Notes under the pieces: model-generated
Told to the model about the DNA's origin: nothing
Databases searched by the model: none
The model's input: only the letters and a program-made list of their open reading frames with translations
Program-made: the position numbers and the translations under genes
Part shown: piece after piece, positions 1 to 8,722 of the stretch
Layout of the letters: each line of letters opens with the position of its first letter
Position numbering within the stretch: the first letter of the stretch is position 1
DNA from: Planctomycetota bacterium
GTDB lineage: Bacteria > Planctomycetota > UBA1135
Length of the DNA stretch: 64,000 bases
Direction of reading: 5' to 3'
Assembly: GCA_008501825.1 (NCBI GenBank)
Contig: QQUA01000026.1
Location: 7,824 to 71,823 of the forward strand

Positions 1-429
1 CCGCCGCCGGCCCGAAGCGGCGACCTCCAGCGCCGGGTCGGCCAACAGGGGCGTCGGACCGGTCCAAAGGGTCCAACCCGGCCCCGGCACAGCCGAAGCC
101 GCCAACGCCGGAGTGCCGATGCCGGCTCCAGCCCAGGCTTGCCAACGGCCGTCTTCTCCCTGAAGTAACCAGTGAAAACCGGAAGCGGCCAGGCGCTGGG
201 GCGGGATTCCGACCCCGGCCGCCTCGGCCACCGGCTGCAGCCACGGGTCCAGTCGCAGCAGCCGCCAATCGCCGGCGTCCTGAATCAAGGCCAGGCTGTG
301 GCCGTCCCAAGGACGCCAGCAAAGGTCTTGTACACGCCAGGGTGAGGCTGCAGGCTCCGCTGCCGGCAGCGGTGGCTGTTGCGGAAGGGCGGCCCAAGCG
401 AGGAAAAAGGACGAAAGCGAAGCCAACAC
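1..429 (-). CDS. hypothetical protein, N-terminal part only (gene runs off the left edge)
   Basis: Own minus-strand translation. The frame is open from GTG at 429-427 (in-frame stop upstream at 480-478) to base 1, 143 codons. The N-terminus VLASLSSFFLAWAAL looks signal/TM-like. No family recognised, and GC-rich DNA produces chance ORFs. Confidence 0.3.
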   Translation of the reverse strand, partial: MLASLSSFFLAWAALPQQPPLPAAEPAASPWRVQDLCWRPWDGHSLALIQDAGDWRLLRLDPWLQPVAEAAGVGIPPQRLAASGFHWLLQGEDGRWQAWAGAGIGTPALAASAVPGPGWTLWTGPTPLLADPALEVAASGRRR

Positions 430-550
430 GGTGATTTTTCTTGAAGATGGCCGGGCTGAAGCGTACCAATGCGAGCATCACCGCAGGTTCAGACAGCGTC
501 TTTTCCACCCCCCTAACCACCCAAAAGGATCCAAAAGGACCCTAAAGGCC

Positions 551-3500
551 ATGAAACCCAGCTTGTTGCTGCTGTTTTTTCTGGTGGTCCTCGCTGCCGC
601 CTTGGTGATTTGGTTTCCTTTCGAAACCGCCGAGCAGGCCGATGCCGGCCAAACCCAAAAACCTGCCACCGGGCCGGTGGAACCGGCTTCCGAGGAATGG
701 GAAGACCAAAACGTGGATTCCCTCGGGCCGGAGCAAAGAACCACCACCGAAGGCGAAGGTCTTTGCCAACTGGCGGCCCGGGATGCTCAAGGCCGGTTGC
801 TGTTTCCGGCCAGATTCCTGATTCGGGAAGGATCGGAAGTCCACTGGCTGGATGCGCCGACCGGAAGCTTGGCGATCGCCCGCCACCGGCCCATCCGGGA
901 AGTGGTCGCCCTGGCCGATCATCGCTGGTCCCCCGCCGCCCGCCTGGCTCGAGGGCAAAGTCTGGTCAAAGGCGAATGGCCGCTGGTAGTGGAATCGGCC
1001 GCCGCCTCCCTGGAGTTGCAGGTGCGCAATCAAGCCGGCTTCCAACCCTTTCAATGGACCTTGCAATACACGGCTCAGCTTCCTGGGCAAAATGAATATT
1101 CCGCCATAGCCGGCCGGTTGTGGTCGCGGTTGCACCGGCGATTGGATGGCCGCCAAGAACGCATTCAAATCGAGGACATCCCTCCAGGAATTTATTCGCT
1201 ACGCATTCGCTCGGAAACTACCGCCCCTTATCAAACTTCGCTCAAACTGGAGCCTGGCCAACACCTGCAGCACGAATTGCAGTTGACTGCCGGAGCCTTC
1301 ATCACCGGCACCGTGGTCGACGAACACGGGAAAGCTCTTGCCGGGGCTTCGGTGGCTTTGTTGCCGGAAGATTTGGGTTTGTTGCAACCGATGGTGGAAT
1401 ATGCCCGGGACTTCCTCGGCTTTCCCAGTTTGGCCGATCTAAGTCATAAAGGCAGCCAGGGAGAAACCGACGCCGGCGGCCGCTATCGACTGGGTCCTTT
1501 GCCGCCTACCCGGGGAATGATCTATGCCGGTTTCCCCGGCAAGATCACCGGCGCAGGAGCAAGTGTGGCGATTTTGGAAGCCGGAGTCACCACCGAACAG
1601 GAAGCGATTTCACTTCACCCAGGCCACTCCTTGCAGGTGGAGGTATTGGAATTCACTTCGCAAAAACCACTCGCCGACGTCCGCGTGCGTTACTTTCCCG
1701 GCATCCGCAACGAATCCATGTTCGGCAACATGATTCCTTGGCGGGAACCGGAAATTTCCCGGACCGACGCGACCGGAAAGATTCGATTGGATGGACTGCC
1801 CGCCGGCGTAGTGCAAGTGCGTTTGGACGGCGAAGGCTTTGCCGCTTTGGAACAAAGCGTAGAGGTTCAGGCCGGCTCCGATCAAAACCGGGTGCAACTG
1901 TTTTTGAAGGCTCAGCACTCGGTGGAGGGTTGGGTGCGACGAGCCTCCGACGGTCAGGCGGTGGCCGCCGCCGAAGTCTTGGCTTTGCCGGCGGAGGAAT
2001 ACAACCTCATGGCCCGCTTCACCGCTCAAGTCGGCAGCGATTTCAAAACCAAAAGCAATGAGGAGGGCTATTTCCGGATCGACGGCCTCCCAGCCGGTCC
2101 GTGGCGTTTTTTGGCCAAGGCGGAAGGTTTGGCTCCCAAAGGAACCGAAGCTTTGAATCTGTCCTCCGGCATCTCCCCGCCGCCGGTAGAAATTCTCTTG
2201 TCCGGGGGAGCGGAACTCGAAGTCTTGGTGCAAGATTCGGAAGGCCAGCCGCAACCGGCTGCGATCTTGACCGTGTTTCCCTTGAACGGCGACGACAGCC
2301 GCAATGCCCGAACCGCTGCCGACGGCCGCTTCTTGTTCGAAAACTTGACTCCGGGTTCTTATCAAGTCAGCGTCAATAGTTTCGGCACCGAACCGGAAAA
2401 TCTGTTCTCTCTCGATTTCGACCAAGCTTCCGGGATCTCTGAAATCGTGAACTTGGAAGAGGGCGAACGGGAAAAACTGGTTCTCGGCGGGCGAATCGAC
2501 TACGCCAGTTTGGAAGGATGGACCCTGCGGGCCGGGGAACCGGTCAGCGGCATCACCGTCATGCTGAGTTCCGGCAACAACTTCAAAAGCAGTGTGACCG
2601 ATGCCGATGGCTATTACCAGATTGACGACATTCCTCCGGGGCCATACTTCCTCCTCGCCGGTGAGTTGAAATTAGGAAACGGCGCCGGCTTTACTTCGGC
2701 GGTGGAATTGGGGCCCGGCGAACAGGGCCGATTGGATTTGGATCTGCCCGGTTCCACGGTCAAGGTCACGGTCGTGGCCGAAGACACGGGCGAACCGCTG
2801 CCCGGCATCACCATCATGATGCGTGACGCTCAAGCCAAACCTGGCGGCGGGATGTTGACCACCAATTCGCAAGGCGAAGTGCTGTTTCAGTTTTTGAATC
2901 CCGGCACCTACGTCATCGGAGCCGGCCGTGCCGTCATGCCTTTGTTCGGCGGTCCCAGCAAACACGAAAGTCAAATGATTTCGCCGGTAGTGGTGCCGGA
3001 AAATCAAGATCTGGCTTTGGAATACACGCTGCGCCTGGCCCAGGCCGCATCGGTGGAAGTTCAGGTGCTGGGGACCGATGGCCTGCCGGTCAGCGGCGCC
3101 GGCGTGTTTTATCTGGATTCGGAAGGCCAACCCTTGAGTCAATTTACGATGCAAGGCACCGATTCTTCCGGCCGGGTTCGATTGCACTCACTGCCCAGCG
3201 GTCTCGGCCGACTGTTGGCCCGCCATCCGGAAATGGGCCAAGTGGAAAAAGAAGTCCGCCTGGAAAGCGGGGAAGAAAACAAAGTTGAATTGCACTTGGA
3301 AACCGGCACCGTCCTGCGAGTTTTGGTGGTCGACGGCCGGGGCGAACCGCTCAAAGGCGTGCAGGTGATCGCTCTGGATCAACGCAACGCGCCGGTATCC
3401 ACCTTGTTCACTTCCGTGGAAGCCATGGCCAAGCTTTATGAATTCATGGAAGGTGGAGAACAACGATTAGGCCCCTTGGCTCCCGGCGACTATAGCCTAA

Positions 3501-3595
3501 TGCTGGTTCGCCCCGGTGGTCCCAGCCTGCGACACAAAGTTCATTTGGCCCCCGGCGTGCGCGAGCAATTCTTACAGTTGGAATACCAACCCTGA
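551..3595 (+). CDS. membrane-anchored/secreted protein made of tandem carboxypeptidase-regulatory-like (CarboxypepD_reg) beta-sandwich repeats
   Basis: ORF 431..3595. The ATG at 551 gives MKPSLLLLFFLVVLAAALVIW (signal/anchor). The body carries about 10 repeats with the motif G-x-[YF]-x-[ILF]-x-x-[LI]-[PT]-[PA]-G-x-[YW]: GRYRLGPLPP, GKIRLDGLPAGVV, GYFRIDGLPAGPW, GRFLFENLTPGSYQV, GYYQIDDIPPGPY, GEVLFQFLNPGTYVI, GRVRLHSLPSG, RLGPLAPGDYSL. Confidence 0.75.
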   Translation: MKPSLLLLFFLVVLAAALVIWFPFETAEQADAGQTQKPATGPVEPASEEWEDQNVDSLGPEQRTTTEGEGLCQLAARDAQGRLLFPARFLIREGSEVHWLDAPTGSLAIARHRPIREVVALADHRWSPAARLARGQSLVKGEWPLVVESAAASLELQVRNQAGFQPFQWTLQYTAQLPGQNEYSAIAGRLWSRLHRRLDGRQERIQIEDIPPGIYSLRIRSETTAPYQTSLKLEPGQHLQHELQLTAGAFITGTVVDEHGKALAGASVALLPEDLGLLQPMVEYARDFLGFPSLADLSHKGSQGETDAGGRYRLGPLPPTRGMIYAGFPGKITGAGASVAILEAGVTTEQEAISLHPGHSLQVEVLEFTSQKPLADVRVRYFPGIRNESMFGNMIPWREPEISRTDATGKIRLDGLPAGVVQVRLDGEGFAALEQSVEVQAGSDQNRVQLFLKAQHSVEGWVRRASDGQAVAAAEVLALPAEEYNLMARFTAQVGSDFKTKSNEEGYFRIDGLPAGPWRFLAKAEGLAPKGTEALNLSSGISPPPVEILLSGGAELEVLVQDSEGQPQPAAILTVFPLNGDDSRNARTAADGRFLFENLTPGSYQVSVNSFGTEPENLFSLDFDQASGISEIVNLEEGEREKLVLGGRIDYASLEGWTLRAGEPVSGITVMLSSGNNFKSSVTDADGYYQIDDIPPGPYFLLAGELKLGNGAGFTSAVELGPGEQGRLDLDLPGSTVKVTVVAEDTGEPLPGITIMMRDAQAKPGGGMLTTNSQGEVLFQFLNPGTYVIGAGRAVMPLFGGPSKHESQMISPVVVPENQDLALEYTLRLAQAASVEVQVLGTDGLPVSGAGVFYLDSEGQPLSQFTMQGTDSSGRVRLHSLPSGLGRLLARHPEMGQVEKEVRLESGEENKVELHLETGTVLRVLVVDGRGEPLKGVQVIALDQRNAPVSTLFTSVEAMAKLYEFMEGGEQRLGPLAPGDYSLMLVRPGGPSLRHKVHLAPGVREQFLQLEYQP

Positions 3596-3606
3596 TTCCC
3601 GCCGCC

Positions 3607-4545
3607 TTGCAAGCCTCCCCGGCGCCGTTTCCCGGCGTCGGGGAAATCTGCGCCTTGACCAATGCATTGGCTTGGGGCTTGAGCACCATCGTCTACCGCC
3701 TGGCGATGGATCGAAAAATTGGCACGGCCGGCGAAATTGCCCTGTTCAAGAACGCCATCGGTTTGGTGGTCCTGGTGGCCCTCAGTCTCGGACTCGGACC
3801 CGAGCTCGGCGGAGGCCTCGGGGCTTGGTCGGACGTCCCTTGGTTGCTGTTGGCCGGAATCAGTGGCATGGCGGTCGGGGACTTCCTGTATTTCGTCGCC
3901 GTTCATCATTTGGGAGTCGGCCGAACCTTGATTTTGAACCAGGGAACGCCGGTGTTGACCGCCCTGGCGGCCTGGCCGTTGTTCGGAGAAACCCTCAATA
4001 CCGGCCAAGTGCTGGGCATGATTCTGGTGGTCGCCGGCGGCATGGTGGCTGAATCGCGGCGCATGGACCGGACCCGGGCCGACTGGATCGGGATCCTGGC
4101 GGTGTTCAGCTCGATGCTGTGTTACACCCTGGCCAATGTGGCCAGCCGGCCCGGTTTGGACCAAACCGGTCCCGTGGCCGGAGCCGCCTGGCGCCTGGTC
4201 GGTGGTGCGGCGGCGATGTGGTGGCTGCAAAGTCGTAGCCGAAAGCCCGACCAAAACCGTCCCGTCCTTTGGCGGCGACCTCAGGTTTGGAGCTGGTTTT
4301 TGGCCCCCACCTTGATCGGCACGGTCGGCGGCCTGTTTTTGTTGAACGCCGGCCTGAAATGGGCCAAACAAGGCGTGGCCGCCAGTTTGTCGGCGGCCCT
4401 GCCCTTATTTACCGTCCCGCTCGCGGTTTGGATCCTGCACGAACGTCCAGGACGGCGGGGCTGGCTGGGCGTCCTGTTGGTGGTGATGGGCGTGGCTTTG
4501 CTGGGTTTGAGTCTGAGTTCGAACGGCGGAAATCCCCCGGCTTAA
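3607..4545 (+). CDS. EamA/DMT-family permease
   Basis: ORF with a TTG start 12 nt after the previous stop. The protein is almost entirely hydrophobic helices (about 10 TM) in two similar halves, as in EamA (RhaT-type) transporters. Confidence 0.7.
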   Translation: MQASPAPFPGVGEICALTNALAWGLSTIVYRLAMDRKIGTAGEIALFKNAIGLVVLVALSLGLGPELGGGLGAWSDVPWLLLAGISGMAVGDFLYFVAVHHLGVGRTLILNQGTPVLTALAAWPLFGETLNTGQVLGMILVVAGGMVAESRRMDRTRADWIGILAVFSSMLCYTLANVASRPGLDQTGPVAGAAWRLVGGAAAMWWLQSRSRKPDQNRPVLWRRPQVWSWFLAPTLIGTVGGLFLLNAGLKWAKQGVAASLSAALPLFTVPLAVWILHERPGRRGWLGVLLVVMGVALLGLSLSSNGGNPPA

Positions 4546-4591
4546 AGCAGCCGGTTCTGCCACCGGCGGCGAGGCAGTATTCTTGGCGGCC

Positions 4592-5947
4592 ATGTTCCAC
4601 CGGATCTTCATTGCCAACCGAGGTGAAGTGGCCGCCCGCATGGTGCGCGCCTGTCACGATTTGGGCATCGAGGCGGTATGCGGCGCCTCCAAACCCGACA
4701 TGGAAGCCGGCTACCCCTATTTGGAGCAAGCTTCCCAAGTCGTTTGCCTTGGTCCGGGTCCGGCGACCGATTCCTATTTACGCATGCGGTCGATCATTCA
4801 GGCCGCCCGGCAAACGGGCTGCGGCGCCTTGCACCCCGGCTGGGGCTTTCTGGCGGAGAATCCTCTGTTCGCCGAATTGTGCCGCCAACACGGAGTCACT
4901 TTTATCGGGCCGTCTCCGGCGGTGATGGACCAAATGGGCCGCAAAGTGGCTTCCCGGCAAGCCGCCCAAGCCGCCGGTCTGCCGGTGGTGCCGGGTTCTC
5001 CGGGACTTCTTAGGGACCCGGAAGAAGCGGTGGCGGTAGCCCGGGAAGTCGGTTACCCGGTGGCGCTGAAGGCCGACGCCGGCGGAGGCGGCCGCGGCAT
5101 CCGCCGTTGCGAAGACGACGATCAGGTGCGGCAAGCCTTTGCCGATGCCTCGCGGGAAGCCCAAGCCGCTTTCGGCAGCGCCGACTTGTATTTGGAAAAG
5201 TACTTGGAAGGCGGCCGACACATCGAATTCCAGGTCCTCGGCGACGGCCGCGGCAATGCCATTCACCTGGGCGAACGAGAATGTTCCATTCAGAGGCGCC
5301 ACCAAAAGTTGGTGGAAGAAGCTCCCTCCCCGGTAATTAGCGCCGAAGAAAGGGAACGCTACGGAAACATGTGCGCCGAGGCCACCGCGCGCTGGCGCTA
5401 TCGAGGTGCCGGCACCATGGAGTTTTTGCGCGCTCAAAACGGCGAGCTTTTCTTTTTGGAAATGAACACCCGCTTGCAAGTCGAGCATCCGGTCACCGAA
5501 GCCATTACCGGTTTCGATCTTGCCGCGGCCATGATTCGCATCGCCGCCGGCCACCCGCTGCCTTGGAAGCAGAAAGAAATCCAATGGCAAGGCCACGCCA
5601 TCGAAGTGCGGGTCAACGCCGAGGATCCGGCCCAGGATTTCCGGCCTCATCCCGGCAAAGTGGAGCGATTCCAGGTAGCCGGCCCGGGCATCCGAGTGGA
5701 CACCCATTTACAGGACGGCAGCCGGATTCCGCCCCACTACGACTCCTTGATGGCCAAGATCATCGCCCACGGGAAAAATCGGGAAGAGGCGATCGAACGC
5801 CTCCAATCGGCTTTGGCCGGGGCCAGCATCGCCGGCTTGCCGACCACCATCCCTTTGCACCAAAAGATCTTAGACAACATCGATTTCCGCCGGGCGGAAT
5901 TCGACACCCTTTGGCTAAGCCGAAATTTGTCGGCTATGGTCGCTTAA
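4592..5947 (+). CDS. accC: biotin carboxylase (ATP-grasp subunit of acetyl/acyl-CoA carboxylase)
   Basis: MFHRIFIANRGEVAARMVRAC N-terminus, GYPVALKADAGGGGRGIR glycine loop, EMNTRLQVEHPVTE, length about 450 aa. ATG at 4592 preferred over the TTG at 4583. Confidence 0.9.
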   Translation: MFHRIFIANRGEVAARMVRACHDLGIEAVCGASKPDMEAGYPYLEQASQVVCLGPGPATDSYLRMRSIIQAARQTGCGALHPGWGFLAENPLFAELCRQHGVTFIGPSPAVMDQMGRKVASRQAAQAAGLPVVPGSPGLLRDPEEAVAVAREVGYPVALKADAGGGGRGIRRCEDDDQVRQAFADASREAQAAFGSADLYLEKYLEGGRHIEFQVLGDGRGNAIHLGERECSIQRRHQKLVEEAPSPVISAEERERYGNMCAEATARWRYRGAGTMEFLRAQNGELFFLEMNTRLQVEHPVTEAITGFDLAAAMIRIAAGHPLPWKQKEIQWQGHAIEVRVNAEDPAQDFRPHPGKVERFQVAGPGIRVDTHLQDGSRIPPHYDSLMAKIIAHGKNREEAIERLQSALAGASIAGLPTTIPLHQKILDNIDFRRAEFDTLWLSRNLSAMVA

Positions 5948-6053
5948 TTTCTGGGAATTTTGGTCTTAAATGCATGGGCTGAATCGTCCTTCCTAAACCT
6001 CCGGCCATCCTTCTGGCCTTCCCTTCCTCCCCATGACCCCATAAGGAGCCTTC

Positions 6054-6674
6054 ATGTTCGCCAAGCTTCGCCTTCTCCTCGCCGCCCTCGCCTTGGTGGC
6101 CGTTTCCTCCTTCGCCACCAGCCAATGGCTGCAGGCCCAACAGGAACCGGATGGCCAAGACCAGATGGACCCGGCCATGATGGCCCAAATGATGGCCATG
6201 GGCACTCCTGGCAAGGAGCACAAGGTGCTGACCCGCTCCGCCGGCGAGTGGGACGATAAAGCGCAAATGCGCATGAGCCCCGGCGCCGACTGGACCGAGA
6301 TTCCGATGACCACCAGCGTGAAGACTTTGCTCGGCGGCCGTTTCATTCAGCGCACCATCAAAGGCAATTTCGCCGGCATGCCCTGGGAAGGCATCCACAT
6401 CCTCGGCTATGACAAATTGGCCAAGGAATACGTTTCCTTCTGGATGGATTCCTTCGGGACTTGGTTCGTTCAATCCAAGGGCCAGTATTCGGAAGAATCC
6501 AAAACCCTGGAAATGAAGGGTGCCATGCGGGACGTGATTTCACCGGACGGCCGCCCCTTCCGCCAAGTCATTCGGATCATCGACGAAGATCACTCGGAGG
6601 TGGAGATGTACGACACCATCCCGCCGGCCGGGGAAGTCATGGTGATGAAGGTGAAATCGACTCGGGTCAAATAA
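6054..6674 (+). CDS. secreted protein, DUF1579-like
   Basis: Signal peptide MFAKLRLLLAALALVAVSSFATSQW, aaggag RBS upstream, about 160-aa C-terminal domain (GEWDDK...LGGRFIQ...SFWMDSFGTW...) resembling DUF1579. The family call is from memory only. Confidence 0.55.
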   Translation: MFAKLRLLLAALALVAVSSFATSQWLQAQQEPDGQDQMDPAMMAQMMAMGTPGKEHKVLTRSAGEWDDKAQMRMSPGADWTEIPMTTSVKTLLGGRFIQRTIKGNFAGMPWEGIHILGYDKLAKEYVSFWMDSFGTWFVQSKGQYSEESKTLEMKGAMRDVISPDGRPFRQVIRIIDEDHSEVEMYDTIPPAGEVMVMKVKSTRVK

Positions 6675-6692
6675 GCTCACCGCCATCCTGAA

Positions 6693-6728
6693 AGCGCTTG
6701 CCGGGATGCCGGCAGGCGCTTTGTTTTT
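6693..6728 (+). terminator. intrinsic terminator after the DUF1579-like gene
   Basis: agcgcttgccgg-gatg-ccggcaggcgct hairpin (12-bp stem with one G-U pair) followed by ttgttttt. Confidence 0.7.
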
Positions 6729-6873
6729 GCCGCGGCCGAGCCTTGAACCACGAATGATTGAAATACAAGCCTATTAATCTCAGGAAACCGGCCTTATTGA
6801 GCTTTGCCCTCGGCTCTGCGCCCCCATTGTGGAAAGAGAGCCCCACCAGATCTTTGACTTAGGAGTTCCAAGG

Positions 6874-8016
6874 ATGGCGAAAACGACTCTAGATAAAACC
6901 GCGGACTTGGCCGGTCCGGGCATCGGCAATTACGAGGAGTTGGAGAAGCTGCTCCCTCAGGATTACCATCCGCTGCTTAACCCGAAAGAAACCCAAATCG
7001 CCCTGACGGCGGTCAAGGAATATATAGAAAAGGGCTTATGCAAGGAACTGAACCTGATTCGGGTTACGGTACCGCTGATCGTGGACGTGGAAAGCGGAGT
7101 CAACGACTTCCTCGACCGGGACGGTTCACGAACCCCGATCCAGTTCCACATTTCCAACGACCGGGAGAAAAATCCGATCGACGCCCAAATCGTGCAAGCG
7201 GCCACCAAATGGAAGCGGGTGGCCCTGAAGCAATTCGGCATGGAGGTGGGAGAAGGCCTTTACACCGACATGCACGCAGTGCGCAAGGATTACTTCCTGG
7301 ATCACGATCACAGCGCCTACGTCGATCAGTGGGATTGGGAAAAGGTCATTCGCGATGAGGACCGCAACCTCGATTACTTGAAAGACGTGGTCAAGCGGAT
7401 TTGGAAAGTGCTGAAAGGCGCCGAAGAATTCGCCCTGAAGGAATTCCCTGCTCTGGAAGATCCGCGCTACCCCCGCTTGCCCGATGAACTGAAGTTCCTG
7501 CACGCGGAAGAAATCCTGGAGCGTTATCCCGAATTGCCTCGCAAAGCCCGGGAGACGGCGATCTTACAGGACTTCCCGGCGGTCTTCATTTTGGGCATCG
7601 GCTGGACCCTGGACGACGGCTATCCCCATGAAATGCGGGCGGCCGATTACGACGATTGGGTGACCGAAACCCGCTCCGACGCCGGCAAGGTTTGCCACGG
7701 CTTGAACGGCGACATTCTGGTTTGGAATCACGTCACCCAAAGGCGCCACGAGTTGACCTCGATGGGCATTCGGGTGAATCCCGAAACTCTGGTCAAGCAG
7801 TTGGAAATCACCAATCAGATGGATTTCCTGGAACTGCCTTACCACCAAGGCATCGTCAACCGAGAACTGCCGTTAAGCATCGGCGGCGGCATCGGCCAAT
7901 CGAGGACCTACATGTGGCTGCTGCGCAAAGCCCACCTCGGCGAAGTCAGCGTTACGGTGTGGCCCAAGGTGCTCAAGGAAATGTGCGCCAAGAAGAACAT
8001 CTTGGTACTGGAATAA
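6874..8016 (+). CDS. asnA: aspartate--ammonia ligase (AsnA-type asparagine synthetase)
   Basis: Matches AsnA signature stretches: YVDQWDWEKVI, GLNGDILVWN, ELTSMGIRVN, IGGGIGQSRTYMWLL. aggag RBS at 6861-6865 and ATG at 6874. About 45 aa longer at the N-terminus than E. coli AsnA. Confidence 0.9.
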   Translation: MAKTTLDKTADLAGPGIGNYEELEKLLPQDYHPLLNPKETQIALTAVKEYIEKGLCKELNLIRVTVPLIVDVESGVNDFLDRDGSRTPIQFHISNDREKNPIDAQIVQAATKWKRVALKQFGMEVGEGLYTDMHAVRKDYFLDHDHSAYVDQWDWEKVIRDEDRNLDYLKDVVKRIWKVLKGAEEFALKEFPALEDPRYPRLPDELKFLHAEEILERYPELPRKARETAILQDFPAVFILGIGWTLDDGYPHEMRAADYDDWVTETRSDAGKVCHGLNGDILVWNHVTQRRHELTSMGIRVNPETLVKQLEITNQMDFLELPYHQGIVNRELPLSIGGGIGQSRTYMWLLRKAHLGEVSVTVWPKVLKEMCAKKNILVLE

Positions 8017-8038
8017 GGTTCCCATTCCTTCCGTTCTT

Positions 8039-8072
8039 CGACCCGGTGCCGTCGGTACCGGGTCGAATTTTC
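8039..8072 (+). terminator. probable terminator hairpin between convergent asnA and the ECF sigma gene
   Basis: cgacccggt / accgggtcg 9-bp stem (8039-8047 / 8057-8065) followed by aattttc. The U-run is on the + strand only. Confidence 0.5.
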
Positions 8073-8084
8073 ATCCCATTCGAT

Positions 8085-8720
8085 TCATACGTCGAAAATT
8101 TTCTGCAGCACCGCTCTTTTGCTCAGTGCCGCTCGAAGGCGCTGCCAGCGCTTCTCCACCGCCGTACGGGATAATCCGAGGATGGCAGCCGCCTCGGGAA
8201 CGGATCGACCTTCCAAACCACAAAGCCGCAGCAGTTGTCTTTGTTCCTCGGATAGGCGTTCGACCACCTCCCGAATCAGTTGTGCCGATTCTAGGCGGTG
8301 GAGTCGGCCGGTCATGGAAGTTTGCTCGGCCAGAATTTCATTAGCTGCATTGCCTTCCTGGCTTCCCAACCACCGGGGAGATGCAGGAGAAGTCGGCTTG
8401 GCGCAGGCCTTCCGTTTCGCCTCGTGCACCACGTTTCGGGTAACGCTCCAAATCCAGGAGCGAATGGAGCCTTTGTCCGGTTGGGTTTTCGGCATCAATT
8501 GGAAAATCCGTACCCAAACCTCTTGAACTACGTCCTCGGTGGCGAGCCTGGATTTGAAGGCGCCGCGGAGATAAAGCTCGATCCAAAGAAAGATCGACGG
8601 GGTTAAGCGGTGGCACAGCACTTCCGCGCAACCACGATCCCCGGCACGAGTTCCAGCGAACAAGAACTCGGTACTCTCGTTCTTGAAAAAGGATTCGGAA
8701 CGCTCGGAACCAAGACTCAC
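8085..8720 (-). CDS. ECF-type RNA polymerase sigma factor
   Basis: Region 2 (DVVQEVWVRIF, WIWSVTRNVV) and region 4 HTH (RQLLRLCGLEGRSVPEAAAILGLSRTAVEKRWQRL). The ORF extends to 8852, but a GTG at 8720 lies 2 nt after the kinase stop (8723-8725) and gives a typical 211-aa ECF protein. Confidence 0.8.
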   Translation of the reverse strand: MSLGSERSESFFKNESTEFLFAGTRAGDRGCAEVLCHRLTPSIFLWIELYLRGAFKSRLATEDVVQEVWVRIFQLMPKTQPDKGSIRSWIWSVTRNVVHEAKRKACAKPTSPASPRWLGSQEGNAANEILAEQTSMTGRLHRLESAQLIREVVERLSEEQRQLLRLCGLEGRSVPEAAAILGLSRTAVEKRWQRLRAALSKRAVLQKIFDV

Positions 8721-8722
8721 GA

